Under the pieces are notes generated by a model, which saw only the letters and a list, made by a program, of their open reading frames with translations, was not told where the DNA came from and ran no database searches. DNA of 63,729 nucleotides, the filler included, from Aduncisulcus paluster (lineage: Eukaryota): the NCBI GenBank assembly GCA_024181965.1. It is 5 parts of 5 records of this genome, joined end to end, with 100 filler letters (N's around TTAATTAATTAA, not from the genome) between each part and the next. Parts side by side here need not be neighbours in the genome. Positions count along the whole stretch, not along the records: positions 20,309 to 30,711 come from BQXS01010933.1; positions 30,812 to 59,980 come from BQXS01010934.1; 3 more parts are not named here. One strand, given 5' to 3'. A program made the translations under genes and the position numbers. Below, one piece after another: positions 24,718 to 34,859 of this stretch (its first letter is position 1; the number at the start of each line of letters is the position of its first letter).

Positions 24718-24879
24718 TTTTGATCCTGTCAAATCCTTGTTTATTGAGTTGAAGAAAAGTGATTGCTTAAAATTGATCATTTGAATTTTAGTAAATTTTC
24801 TAATTCCATTCGAAATATTGATCCTATGACACATTGAATGTGTCAAAACTTGCAATGAAAATGAATAGGGCTTCAGGTG

Positions 24880-25263
24880 TTATTTCTTCTTCCACATTTC
24901 TTTTTTGGCCTGTTTTACCATCTTTTTAATCTTTTTATCCATTGATCTGGAACCAATTTTGGCCTTCTTGTCAGCCATTTTGATCTTCAGTGATCTTCCC
25001 TGAAACCTCTTTCCATTCAAAGATTTCAACGCTAACATGGCATCTTTAATATTTGATACATAAATAAATCCATATTCCCTCGATTTCCTGGTTACTTTGT
25101 CATTGATAACAATTGCATCTAAAAATGACGGGAGATGAGTACTAGCAAAAAGAGCAAGAGTTTCTGATGTTACATTAGGATGTAAATTTCCGATCCACAG
25201 TTTAATTCGAACAGAACTTAGAGATGGGTTTGTTTCATGGGAAGGCTTTGGAGAATGAGACAT
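24880..25263 (-). CDS. Small single-RRM RNA-binding protein with basic tail
   Basis: RNP2-like LWIGNL, RNP1-like REYGFIYV, DKVTRKS loop and LNGKRFQGRSLKI. Confidence 0.88.
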   Translation of the reverse strand: MSHSPKPSHETNPSLSSVRIKLWIGNLHPNVTSETLALFASTHLPSFLDAIVINDKVTRKSREYGFIYVSNIKDAMLALKSLNGKRFQGRSLKIKMADKKAKIGSRSMDKKIKKMVKQAKKEMWKKK

Positions 25264-25399
25264 TTTTAAAAATAAGTAGTTTCTTTCTAAATATTGAATA
25301 AATAGTGTTAATATAATTAATGACTTACACTTTCTAATTTATATGTTGATAGTGGGCAAGAAAATAATAGAAAGAATTATTCAAAATTCGGGGGCTGAT

Positions 25400-25410
25400 G
25401 GACTTGACCC
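25400..25410 (-). promoter_or_regulatory. Candidate Pol III B-box downstream of U6, inside a tRNA-3'-half-like relic
   Basis: Minus strand GGGTCAAGTCC vs consensus GGTTCRANTCC (1 mismatch), about +220 from the U6 start. Confidence 0.45.
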
Positions 25411-25509
25411 TGTGACCTTCATTGTAGAAGGAAAGGAGTTGTAAAAATTAAGAAATGTTCCTCAGGATTTAAATATAAGGGATAATAATAAAATAAGTTT
25501 GATTAAATT

Positions 25510-25518
25510 AAAAAAAAA
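25510..25518 (-). terminator. Pol III terminator (T9) of U6
   Basis: Nine T on the minus strand directly after the U6 3' region. Confidence 0.75.
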
Positions 25519-25629
25519 CTTCGAGAGTCTCGTAGATTAATCCCTAACCATTTCCTGGAGGGCTGCTAATCATCTCTGTAATGAAACGAAGATTTAATGG
25601 CATGCCACGACCCTTGAGCCACGGCAGCC
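25514..25629 (-). ncRNA. U6: U6 spliceosomal snRNA (divergent)
   Basis: Minus strand: 5' hairpin GGCTGCCGTGGCTCAAGGGTCGTGGCATGCC; TACAGAGATGATTAGC (ACAGAGA box at 25579-25573 plus AGC triad); ISL CCCT-CCA-GGAAA-TGG-TT-AGGG; telestem CTTCG/CGAAG; oligo-T end; about 116 nt. Confidence 0.88.
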
Positions 25630-25661
25630 AACTAATCACGAAAGTAAACAAACAGATATAG

Positions 25662-26289
25662 AATTGAAATAAACATTTTCTTTGCATATAAAAGGAGAAG
25701 AACATAATAAAGATATTTTGTAGATTAATTTCATCCTGGAGTCAAAGGATATGCCACAAGTCATGAGGTTCAGGTTTTTTTTCTTTTCCTGCCTGTATCT
25801 CCTTTCTTAAATTAAATTCATTCCAATAATACAATAAATATTCAAATTATGCACTAGTATATCATAATAATGCTCTATTTTTTTGATATTCCCAATTATT
25901 TCATCAGGTTGATTCCCAGGATGGAAAATCCAGTCCCAATTTCTCTTTTTGCCTGTATCAAGCATATTTTTTGCAAATTGAAATAAACATTTTCTTTGCA
26001 TATAAAAGGAGAAGAACATAATAAAGATATTTTGTAGATTAATTTCATCCTGGAGTCAAAGGATATGCCACAAGTCATGAGGTTCAGGTTTTTTTTCTTT
26101 TCCTGCCTGTATCTCCTTTCTTAAATTAAATTCATTCCAATAATACAATAAATATTCAAATTATGCACTAGTATATCATAATAATGCTCTATTTTTTTGA
26201 TATTCCCAATTATTTCATCAGGTTGATTCCCAGGATGGAAAATCCAGTCCCAATTTCTCTTTTTGCCTGTATCAAGCATATTTTTTGCA
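25662..26289. repeat. Perfect 314-bp intergenic tandem duplication
   Basis: 25662-25975 = 25976-26289, with no N gap. Confidence 0.92.
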
Positions 26290-26469
26290 TAGTTTTTGCA
26301 GAATTATAGTCGTACTTAGTTTTTAATTAAATTTTATATACGAAATTTATTCCATTTTAATTGCAATTTATTTGTTTAGCGCACATAGCTTTTTTCAATT
26401 GCAATATCACCTGTTAAGAATTATTTAATTTTATTAATACAATACATTTAATAGAAAGTCTTTATTCAT

Positions 26470-29400
26470 ATGCCTGAAATAGAGGATGAGATTTACGATT
26501 CGTATGATCAACACCTGTCTTTGATGAAGGGTAAGAGAAGTTCCCTTCAATCATGGATAATGTCAAATTTATCAGCAATGTACATTAGTCGTATGAAACG
26601 GTCTCCAATTCGCTTTTTCCCGATTATTTCTCTAATTCGAGCTCCTCTCGGAACAGCTCCCCCAACTTTACTCTCTATGAGTCCCTTTGCCCCTGTTTTA
26701 ACTCCTCAAAATCTGTTTTACTCGTGTTCACGCCATAATGGTCAATATAATATTGTTAGATGCACTCTCGAACAGGCAGGGTTTAGGGAAACGATGGGAA
26801 AAGATTGGAGCGTCTCATGGGGTGGCGGAAGGATGACGAGCGATGAATATCACCATTTAAAGCCTTGGCAGCGTGTAAATCATTATCCGGGTTCTCAAGA
26901 GATCACTAGAAAGGATAGTTTTGTACTTTCTATTCGTAAGAAGCTCCAAGAAAAGAAAACTCTTGAACCGTTACATAAAACACGATTATTAGCCATGGGA
27001 GCTGGTAAAACGAGTTCCAGTTATGCAAACTCATTTGAAAAAACACAAGGTCGGATGTCGAAAATCAACCGTCAAATCAACTCATTTGATGCTTTCTTCC
27101 CTTCATCTTTTCTTCTTCCACACGATATTCCTCAACTTCACACTCATATTACTCAACGAATGCAACATATTCAGTCATCTTCTCTGTCTACCTCCAGTGG
27201 TATACTCGGTAGTGGATCATCCTCCACACTTGGCTCAACGACGTCATACGGAACCCACGGAGGGAATAGAATGGCCATTAATCCATTTAGTTTATCCAAG
27301 AACTCCCTTATTCCTCCCCTTATTGTGAAACCATGTAGCTCCAGCTGTGGTCGTGGTATTCGGCTTGCTGTCCGGCTCTGTGATATTCCCAATGGATCCT
27401 TTGTCGTCTCAGATTACATATCCAACCCTTACTTGATTGATGGCTTTAAGTTTGATCTCCGTTTATATGTTCTTGTCGTATCTATGAATCCCCTCATTGT
27501 ATATCTTCATGAGGATGGTCTGGCAAGATTCGCAACAGAGAAATATGAAGATCTTGAATGGGACTGCGAGTCAAAGAAAGATTCTGAACGGTTGCAAAGG
27601 GAAGAGGAAAAGAAGAGAATGGACAAATTATGGGAAAAATCAACAAAACACTTGAACTCATCTGTCACAGTTTCTCCGACTTCTTCCTCTTCCTCCTCTC
27701 CCACTTCTGACGATTCTCCTCCCTCCTCTTCTTCTTCTATATCAAAGAAAAGAGTGCTATCATATTCTCATAAGGATGTTCCAACTGATATCCCTCTCTC
27801 AAAGTCATTTCATTCTCTTCCTTCTTTACCAAAACCTAAGAAAGGTCGTTCTCCCCCTCCTCCTTCTTCTTCTCCTCCTTCAACTGGGGATGATTCACAA
27901 GAGTCGGACCCATTCACTGTATCTCTGAAAGGTGGAGATATTCGAAGGATTAAAACTGCCATGCCTCATAAATTAAAATCTTTCTCATCAACACTCAATC
28001 CTTCCAACTTATCCTCTTCCTCTTCTTCTTCCTCTTCTTCCTCTTCTTCCTCTTCTTCCTCTTCTGCAACGGTGACTGCTAAGCGGAGATCTGCGAAGAA
28101 AAGGATGTGTCATTTGACAAATTATTCAATCAATAAGCATAGCAAGAAGTTTAAGTCGAACAAATCGGTACAATCGGATGATGTGGGAAACAAATGGTCA
28201 CTAAAAGCTCTCTTGTCGTATTTAAGAGAGATTGAAGGAGATTCTAAAGTCGAAGAAATGATGACAAATATTAAAAGGAGTATCGTTAGAACATTGGCTT
28301 GTTGTGAAGAGTGTGTTTGCGGAAGAATAGAAAGAAACAAAGAAACTCAAAGATTATTGGTGGAAAGAAGGGAACAACTTGAAAAAGAGAAAGAAAAGGA
28401 GAGGGAAAAAGAGGCAGAGATGGAATTATTACGTGAACAGCAACTTTTTGAGAAGGAAAGAAGGAAACATCTCATTTCAACATCAAGGAAAAAGAGTAGA
28501 AAGGTTCAGCAAAAGTCCAAATATGCGGGTGAACGAGGCGTTACTTCCAATGTTCGAGTTAAATCTTCAACATCTACCCGTAGTGTGTCCTGTCTTCCTG
28601 CTCTCTCTTCGCCTTCTATTCTCTCTCATCCTCTTCTGAAGACACCAGCACATCCCCATTCATCAGCATTGTTCAATAGTTCTCATGAAAGGCCCAAGAG
28701 TTCATTTATTCATGATGCACCAGAGATGGATACTCGGATGCCATCTCACTCTTCTCTTCCATCTTCTTCCTCTTCTTCCCACGGGTATAAGAACACTTCC
28801 TCTGCTTCTTCAAGCATCCACTCTTCAACGAGTTCTGTCTCAAATGCTCCATCATGTATGAACTCTTTCCTTCCTTGTTGCCCCCACGGATATGCTGATA
28901 AGTGCTTCGAATTACTTGGATTTGATATTCTAGTTGATGCTGACCTTCATCCGTATGTTTTGGAAGTGAACAGTGGACCATCATTGGCTTGTGGATCTCC
29001 ATTGGATCTCTCAATCAAAGGAAAGGTAATCGCCGATAGTCTAACAGTGGTGGGAATTCATAAAACAAAGCATAAAGGCGACGGAAGAAAGCGTGCAAGT
29101 GAGTTATATTCCTCAGAAATAATCCCTTCAAGAAAGAGTTCTGGGGCTAAAAAGTGGAATGTTCATCGGTCGGTAACTCCAGGTCCCTCTTCTGTGTCTA
29201 GGTTTGGTGGAAATAGAGGAAGCCTCCAATCGAGTAATGGAAGAGCTACATCCGTTGGAATCTATCGTAGATCCGATTCTTCTGGCTCTAGCGCTAGTTC
29301 TATGTCTTCCAATGGTATTCTTGGTCAAGGAAAGTCTTTGAAACCGATTCGAATGAATTGCTTTGATCGTTGTGCAATCAACTTTTGGGATTTCGAAGGA

Positions 29401-30711
29401 AGAAAGAGTGTGACTGGGTTTATGCGAGTGTTTCCTTCTCTGACTATTTCAAATGAACTTATTTTCTTAAAGAACAAAGCATCCAACAAGCATCTGATCA
29501 GTGTTCTGCAGAAAAAGAAAGAGTTAACTGATGAGATGAATCCTTCACGTCTCGTTGCCTTTCACAAATCAATCCCTTTCAAAGCAATGTTTCCTCATCT
29601 CCAGCACCATCATCCTCTTCCTCTCCTCCCGCCGCCTTCATTCCCTTCAAAATCAGCAGAGGCTGTCGATTTCTTCCTTGGGATGTGTGCAACATGTTTA
29701 AAAACACCTACGGCATCTTCTTCTTCCTCCTCTTCTTCTTTCGCTTCTTCCGTTTCAAAGTCACATAACTCAGGCAAGGATGTTTCTGATGATACCACTT
29801 CCGATGATTGCTCTGATAACCCCGATGTCTATGATGGTCCTTCATCTTCTTCTCACGTTATGTCAGTAGTATCTACATCAAGGAAAGCTCGGCATATTGC
29901 TCATCTCAAGCACAATGCTCTAATGGAGTGGGAGAAAGGATTATTCACCTTCTCACGTGCTATCAGTCCTCGTACAATGTGTGTAAGACTGTTATGTGGA
30001 ACAAATAAGGAAGGGGAAGAGAGGAGACAGCCCGGAGAGTTTTTACAGAGAATATCACATGGAGGCATTGAATCTGAGGTTCCAATTGAATCTATAGCAA
30101 GTGACAAGGATGGTGTGAGTGCTTCAGCCATCTCTGGAGTAGAACGTCGTGGGAAAGGAAAAGATTTCTCTTCTACGGGTGTTTCTTCACACCAACGTGA
30201 TCAACAAAACATTGGGAAAAAGAAAGAGAAACAGAGAGAAAAAATTATAGATGTTCATAAAGAAAGGGAAAGGGAGATTATGATGAGAAAAAAGATAAGA
30301 GAAAGGTCACAAAGACAGGATGAATGTGTTTCTGTTGGTCAAATTCTTGAGAAAGAAAAGGAAAAAGAAAGAGCTCGGAAAAGAAGGTTGGGGTTGAGTT
30401 TTACTCCTTTACATGCACTAAAAATGAGTGAATCTACTTCTGATGTGGTAAAAACTGAAGACTCTTCTTCAATAACCCAGAAAGGCACTAATCCTGCCGC
30501 TCCTAACGCTAACAATTTGAAGTTCAATACATCTGTCTCTTCTGCTTCTTCCCCCGGACAGAGAGATGGGAAGAAACATCCAAGAATGCTGTCAAGATCA
30601 ATGAAGGTCGTTGCTTCCACCGATAATGGAGATATAACATCAAAAAAATCATCAAAGAAAACAACATCATCAAGCATCACCGATTCAAGAAAAAGAAAAC
30701 ATCCATCAGTG
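26470..30711 (+). CDS. Tubulin polyglutamylase, TTLL4/TTLL5-like, with long Ser-rich insertions; 3'-truncated
   Basis: QRVNHYPGSQEITRKD, IVKP...GRGI, YISNPYLIDGFKFDLRLYVLV, GLARFATEKY, HLTNYSINK and FELLGFDILVD...LEVNSGPSL motifs. Confidence 0.92.
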
Positions 30712-30811
30712 NNNNNNNNNNNNNNNNNNNNNNNNNNNNNNNNNNNNNNNNNNNNTTAATTAATTAANNNNNNNNNNNNNNNNNNNNNNNNNNNNNNNNN
30801 NNNNNNNNNNN
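30712..30811. other. Artificial contig linker
   Basis: N44-TTAATTAATTAA-N44. Confidence 0.98.
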
Positions 30812-30812
30812 T

Positions 30813-31994
30813 CTAAGAGAAGCCCACCAAGCAAAACGGGAAAAAGAATTAATCTCTTTTGAACACCAAATTGAAGGGAAAAGTATTATGCTTGAACAAC
30901 AATCACTCGAAATCAATAAGAGAATGCGGGAATTAGAGGAGAAAATGGAGAAATTCGAAGCTGAAAAGATCCGTGAAGAGGAAATCCATGATATGTCCGA
31001 GTCTAAATCTGATGATTTCTCCGATTCTGGGATGGGCAATATAAATGTAAGAACAGAAGACGGAGGATATGCGATGGAAGTTCTCATGTCTCCACCTCAT
31101 TCTCTTGCAGTGGAACAACGGAAAGAAGTGAAGAGAAAAGCCATTGCTCAACGACTCCGGGACACTCCCCTCTCCATTCGTGCGAAAGAACGTCGGCGTA
31201 TGCGTGTTGAACCGATTGTTCCATCCTCTGAACCTGCTACCCACACAGCAGAACCCCATTCATTCACCCCAGCCACCCCCTCCACTGTCCAACACTCCTC
31301 AAGGAAAGACTTGCAAAGAGATCGATCATGGGAACATGCAACCCCAATGCAGGTCAGTCGAGAGCCAAAGATGGATGTTGCTTCAACCCATCAGACAAAG
31401 GATATCTCAGAATCATTGAGACAACCCAGTCTTGTCTCTGAGGGACCTCAACACAACTCTGTTGCCACAACACCCGCCCAGCATGCCGCATCAACTCCGA
31501 ACCATTTCTCCCGTCTTCCATCCTCTATCGCCACTCATTCCCCTCCAAGCAAGAAAGTGTACCTCCCTTCCTCGACGTGTGATAACAGTGGAGTTGTGAG
31601 GAGTGCCTTGAAGAACACAGTGCTGGCCTCACATGTAATGTCTGCAGCCCTCGAGGATGCCCTCATTGCTCTGAAAGATGAAGGAAGGAAGGAAGCTGTG
31701 AGAAGAGGAGGAGACCAGGCGTTACATACTGCAAGACTGTCGAAGACAAGAGGACATTTTATTATAGCTTTCAGGAACAAACGGTCACTCCAATACCTCG
31801 GATTATTCATAATAGATTCCTCAAATGGCATGTTGAGAAGGATTTCTGGGAAAGGACCCGCTTCCGTTGATCAATCAAAGGTTTCTGAAGCATTCAAATA
31901 TGATAGCGGAGCAAGAGAATTCAAAGTACTTGGGACTAACAAAATAAGTTCAACCGTGTCGGGAGTTGTGTGGAGAGGAATGTCAAAGAAATGA
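30813..31994 (+). CDS. CAMSAP/Patronin-type protein with C-terminal CKK microtubule-binding domain; 5'-truncated
   Basis: Coiled coil, then NSGVVRSALKNTVLA...HFIIAFRN...QYLGLF...LRRISGKGPASV...AFKYDSGAREF...ISSTVSGV, matching the CKK pattern (HFLILFRD..FRALY..G.GP..YKYNS..K.F). Confidence 0.85.
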   Translation, partial: LREAHQAKREKELISFEHQIEGKSIMLEQQSLEINKRMRELEEKMEKFEAEKIREEEIHDMSESKSDDFSDSGMGNINVRTEDGGYAMEVLMSPPHSLAVEQRKEVKRKAIAQRLRDTPLSIRAKERRRMRVEPIVPSSEPATHTAEPHSFTPATPSTVQHSSRKDLQRDRSWEHATPMQVSREPKMDVASTHQTKDISESLRQPSLVSEGPQHNSVATTPAQHAASTPNHFSRLPSSIATHSPPSKKVYLPSSTCDNSGVVRSALKNTVLASHVMSAALEDALIALKDEGRKEAVRRGGDQALHTARLSKTRGHFIIAFRNKRSLQYLGLFIIDSSNGMLRRISGKGPASVDQSKVSEAFKYDSGAREFKVLGTNKISSTVSGVVWRGMSKK

Positions 31995-32248
31995 TAATAG
32001 ATTCTCTCATTAATTCTATCCCTATTCTATAAATAGAAAGTCAAGATAATTCAATCGAAGGGGGGGTTTTCTAAAGTCTAATTGATCATTTACGCCTTTA
32101 TTTCCAACCAATGTCTGATGATTTTTGTCATTAATTATCTAATTTCCCAATATATTCTCAATACCACTGAGAAACTTCTAAATATAGATCCTATGAGATA
32201 TTAATAATATCCGTCTTGTGCATATAATTTGATAAGATTATCCTTTCG

Positions 32249-34541
32249 TTATTCCCTCACTTCTATTCTCCTCCTTCCAACGAGATATATTGATGATATT
32301 TTTTTTGAGAGAGTCTCTTCCGTGTGATCGTGAAAAGGAATAAAAGAAGATATCGATCCATCGTCGAGTGTTGGTGATTCTGTTGCATCGAAGAGTAGGG
32401 AGACATCAGATCTTCCAGAAGGAATAATCTCATCACAAAATTCAGAGGCTCTGATTGAACGATCACAGCCATGTATTTCTGAAGATGATTGAATGTGCGA
32501 TGTATCCCCAATAAATGAAGACTCATATAATCCAGAATTAGACATCGATGTCATGCCGCCGCCCTCTCCTGAAAAAGTCGATGACAGTCCAATTCCAATA
32601 TCAACAGATATTTCTGTCCCAGAAAGAGTGTGATGTTCATCAAATATTTCATCATGACAAATATCGTCATGATATGACTGAATGTCAGCACTATCTTTGG
32701 AGTCTATACCATTTGGTGGATCCATCTGCCTTCCCCTTCCCTTTTTCACATGAGAATGAGGACTAGACTGATTGTCGTGTTCTTTTGCATGCAGTAATAT
32801 ATCATCTATTGTATTCCATACATCCATATCAATCTCCTCAATCTCGATACAGTCTCGGACATATGAATCTGTGCAGAGATGGGGAGGAAGAAGTGAAGAA
32901 TCAACAAATCCAAGCCTCAGAAGAATGGAAAGACAGAGAGCTGAAAGAGAATTGGATGACAAAATATCAGATGGATCCTCAAACATACGAGGGTGAGATG
33001 GAATATGTGGCTGCAAATCCCCATTTGTAGCCTCAATGTGCGAAGAGACACGAACTGTATCAGAGTAAATAGGAATTGACATTTTTGATGATAATTCCTT
33101 AATATTAAGTATCAATTCATCATCTTTTTTTTCTGATTCATGTTCCACACACCTCATTTTCAACAATTCCTTATTCATTTCCAATATATTATGTAAAATA
33201 GACTGTAATTCAATGGGAAAAGATCCTTTAAAAGCAGGAGATATATATTTATCCCACTCAGGTTGCCACTCAACGACACCAACCTCATTTAACACAGCCG
33301 TGACTCGTGAGGAATCTTTCTCGTCAGAATCATCCGTCTTCCTCACTTCCTCTTCCCTTCCTTGTTGAGATCTGGACCCATCACATCTTTGTCCACCTGA
33401 AGAATGGGTCTGGATGTCACTATCAATCCGTGCACAATATCCATATGAAAAATCCACACCAGAAAGTACGGAGGATTTGACATGGTGACCTCTTGTCTCT
33501 CTCCATTCAACACAACTGTATGAACCAAAACACTCACACCAGACACCCCAGCTCGGAACAGCATGGGAAAGAGGAGGGCTAAATGGGATTGAGTGATAAG
33601 AACTCACTCCATTCTCATCAACAAATCTCTGTCTGACCACACTTCCGAACATAGGACACATAAAATAATACCACCAATCTCTGACTTCTTTCCCACTCCT
33701 CCCTATAATAAATCCAATCATATCCCAATTCCCAAGACTATTGTGCTCTTCAAGAAGGTCAAGGATGGTGAACATCTCAGAGATAGACATTGGAGGAGGC
33801 AGGAAGAGAGAAAGGAGGGGAGAACGATTGAGAGGAGGCTTTGAGGAAGAGAGAGAATGGGAGTTGGAGATAAATGAATTGGGCGGGAGATGAATAAGGT
33901 TTGGGAATGAATCACAAGAAAAGGAGCAAGGAAACCGTTCATCCCAGTGGCATAATGACGGATGATGTCGTAACATGTGTTTAAATTGAATGTTTCTTTG
34001 AATTATCTTATAAAATGAAGGTAAAATATACATTGAGGGTGAAAGTGAGAGAATGACAGACATTGGGGGAATAACACATTTTAAATTGAAGGAATGAACA
34101 TGATCATCTTGCAAATTTGCATTAAGTTTGCGTTGTTCACTCATGATAGCAATTTGGCATGAACTACATAGTTCAAGGCCACATTTACATAGAGAAACTT
34201 GATGTATAAGAAAAGAACCACATCTATCACATAAATATGGAGCTGGAAGTAGATAAGAAGCGGGAACAATCGTATAAGAACCACTCGAATTTTTTTTTCT
34301 CACTAATACTTCTTGTGAAATTAAGAATTCAATTTCTGGTTTCCTATAATATAAATCAATAGAATTAAGCAAAATTAAAATGAAACAATAATATTGTATC
34401 ATATTGAACATACGATAAATAAGAAGCAATATCTTTGTAAACTTGCTGAGCTATAAGATAGCAGGCCAGTTTCTTCGAAGATGAATAACGATCAGAATCG
34501 ACAGAAATATCATGAGATGGTTTTAACTTATCTTTTGGCAT
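32249..34541 (-). CDS. ZZ-finger + SANT/Myb protein, ADA2-like; spliced (exon 1 34541-34414, exon 2 34343-32249)
   Basis: CDRC...CKCGLELCSSC...HVH (ZZ-like) followed by SISEMFTILDLLEEHNSLGNWDMIGFIIGRSGKEVRDWW (SANT-like), the ADA2 domain order; an intron joins ORF 34365-34595 to ORF 32249-34429. Confidence 0.6.
34344..34413 (-). other. Spliceosomal intron, 70 nt, phase 2
   Basis: GTATGT...TTATAG on the minus strand; splicing gives ...IASYLS-KPEIEF in frame. Confidence 0.8.
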
Positions 34542-34859
34542 GGACAAAGAATAAAAAACAGAATCATACTGACAATTCCAGCGAACTTGAGTCACTCAAG
34601 TTGAGTGGAAATGTTAAAGAAGCCTCAATATAACTTTAATCCCATAAAATGATATATTTTCTGATTTCCTTGACACCATTAAAATAAATCTAAAATTATA
34701 TATGTTTCTGATATCTCTAGATTCCTGCAAAATTGTGATGTCAAGAAAAAGTCCCCAACTTGGGCTCAAGTTGAACTTGAAACCTTATTATCTGAAATAA
34801 CAGACCATTCTATGTATTAGATTTTATTATATCGTGAAATTACTTTACATTTTTATGTT

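Noticed and set aside
25287-25328. 42-nt GTAAGT...TTTAG intron upstream of the RRM gene (minus strand)
   Set aside because: No upstream coding exon joins in frame (the junction makes TAA); could only be a UTR intron, which cannot be tested from sequence.
25389-25430. Functional tRNA gene
   Set aside because: Only 3'-half spacing is tRNA-like; T-stem and anticodon stem do not pair and no 5' half is present. Kept only as a possible B-box relic.
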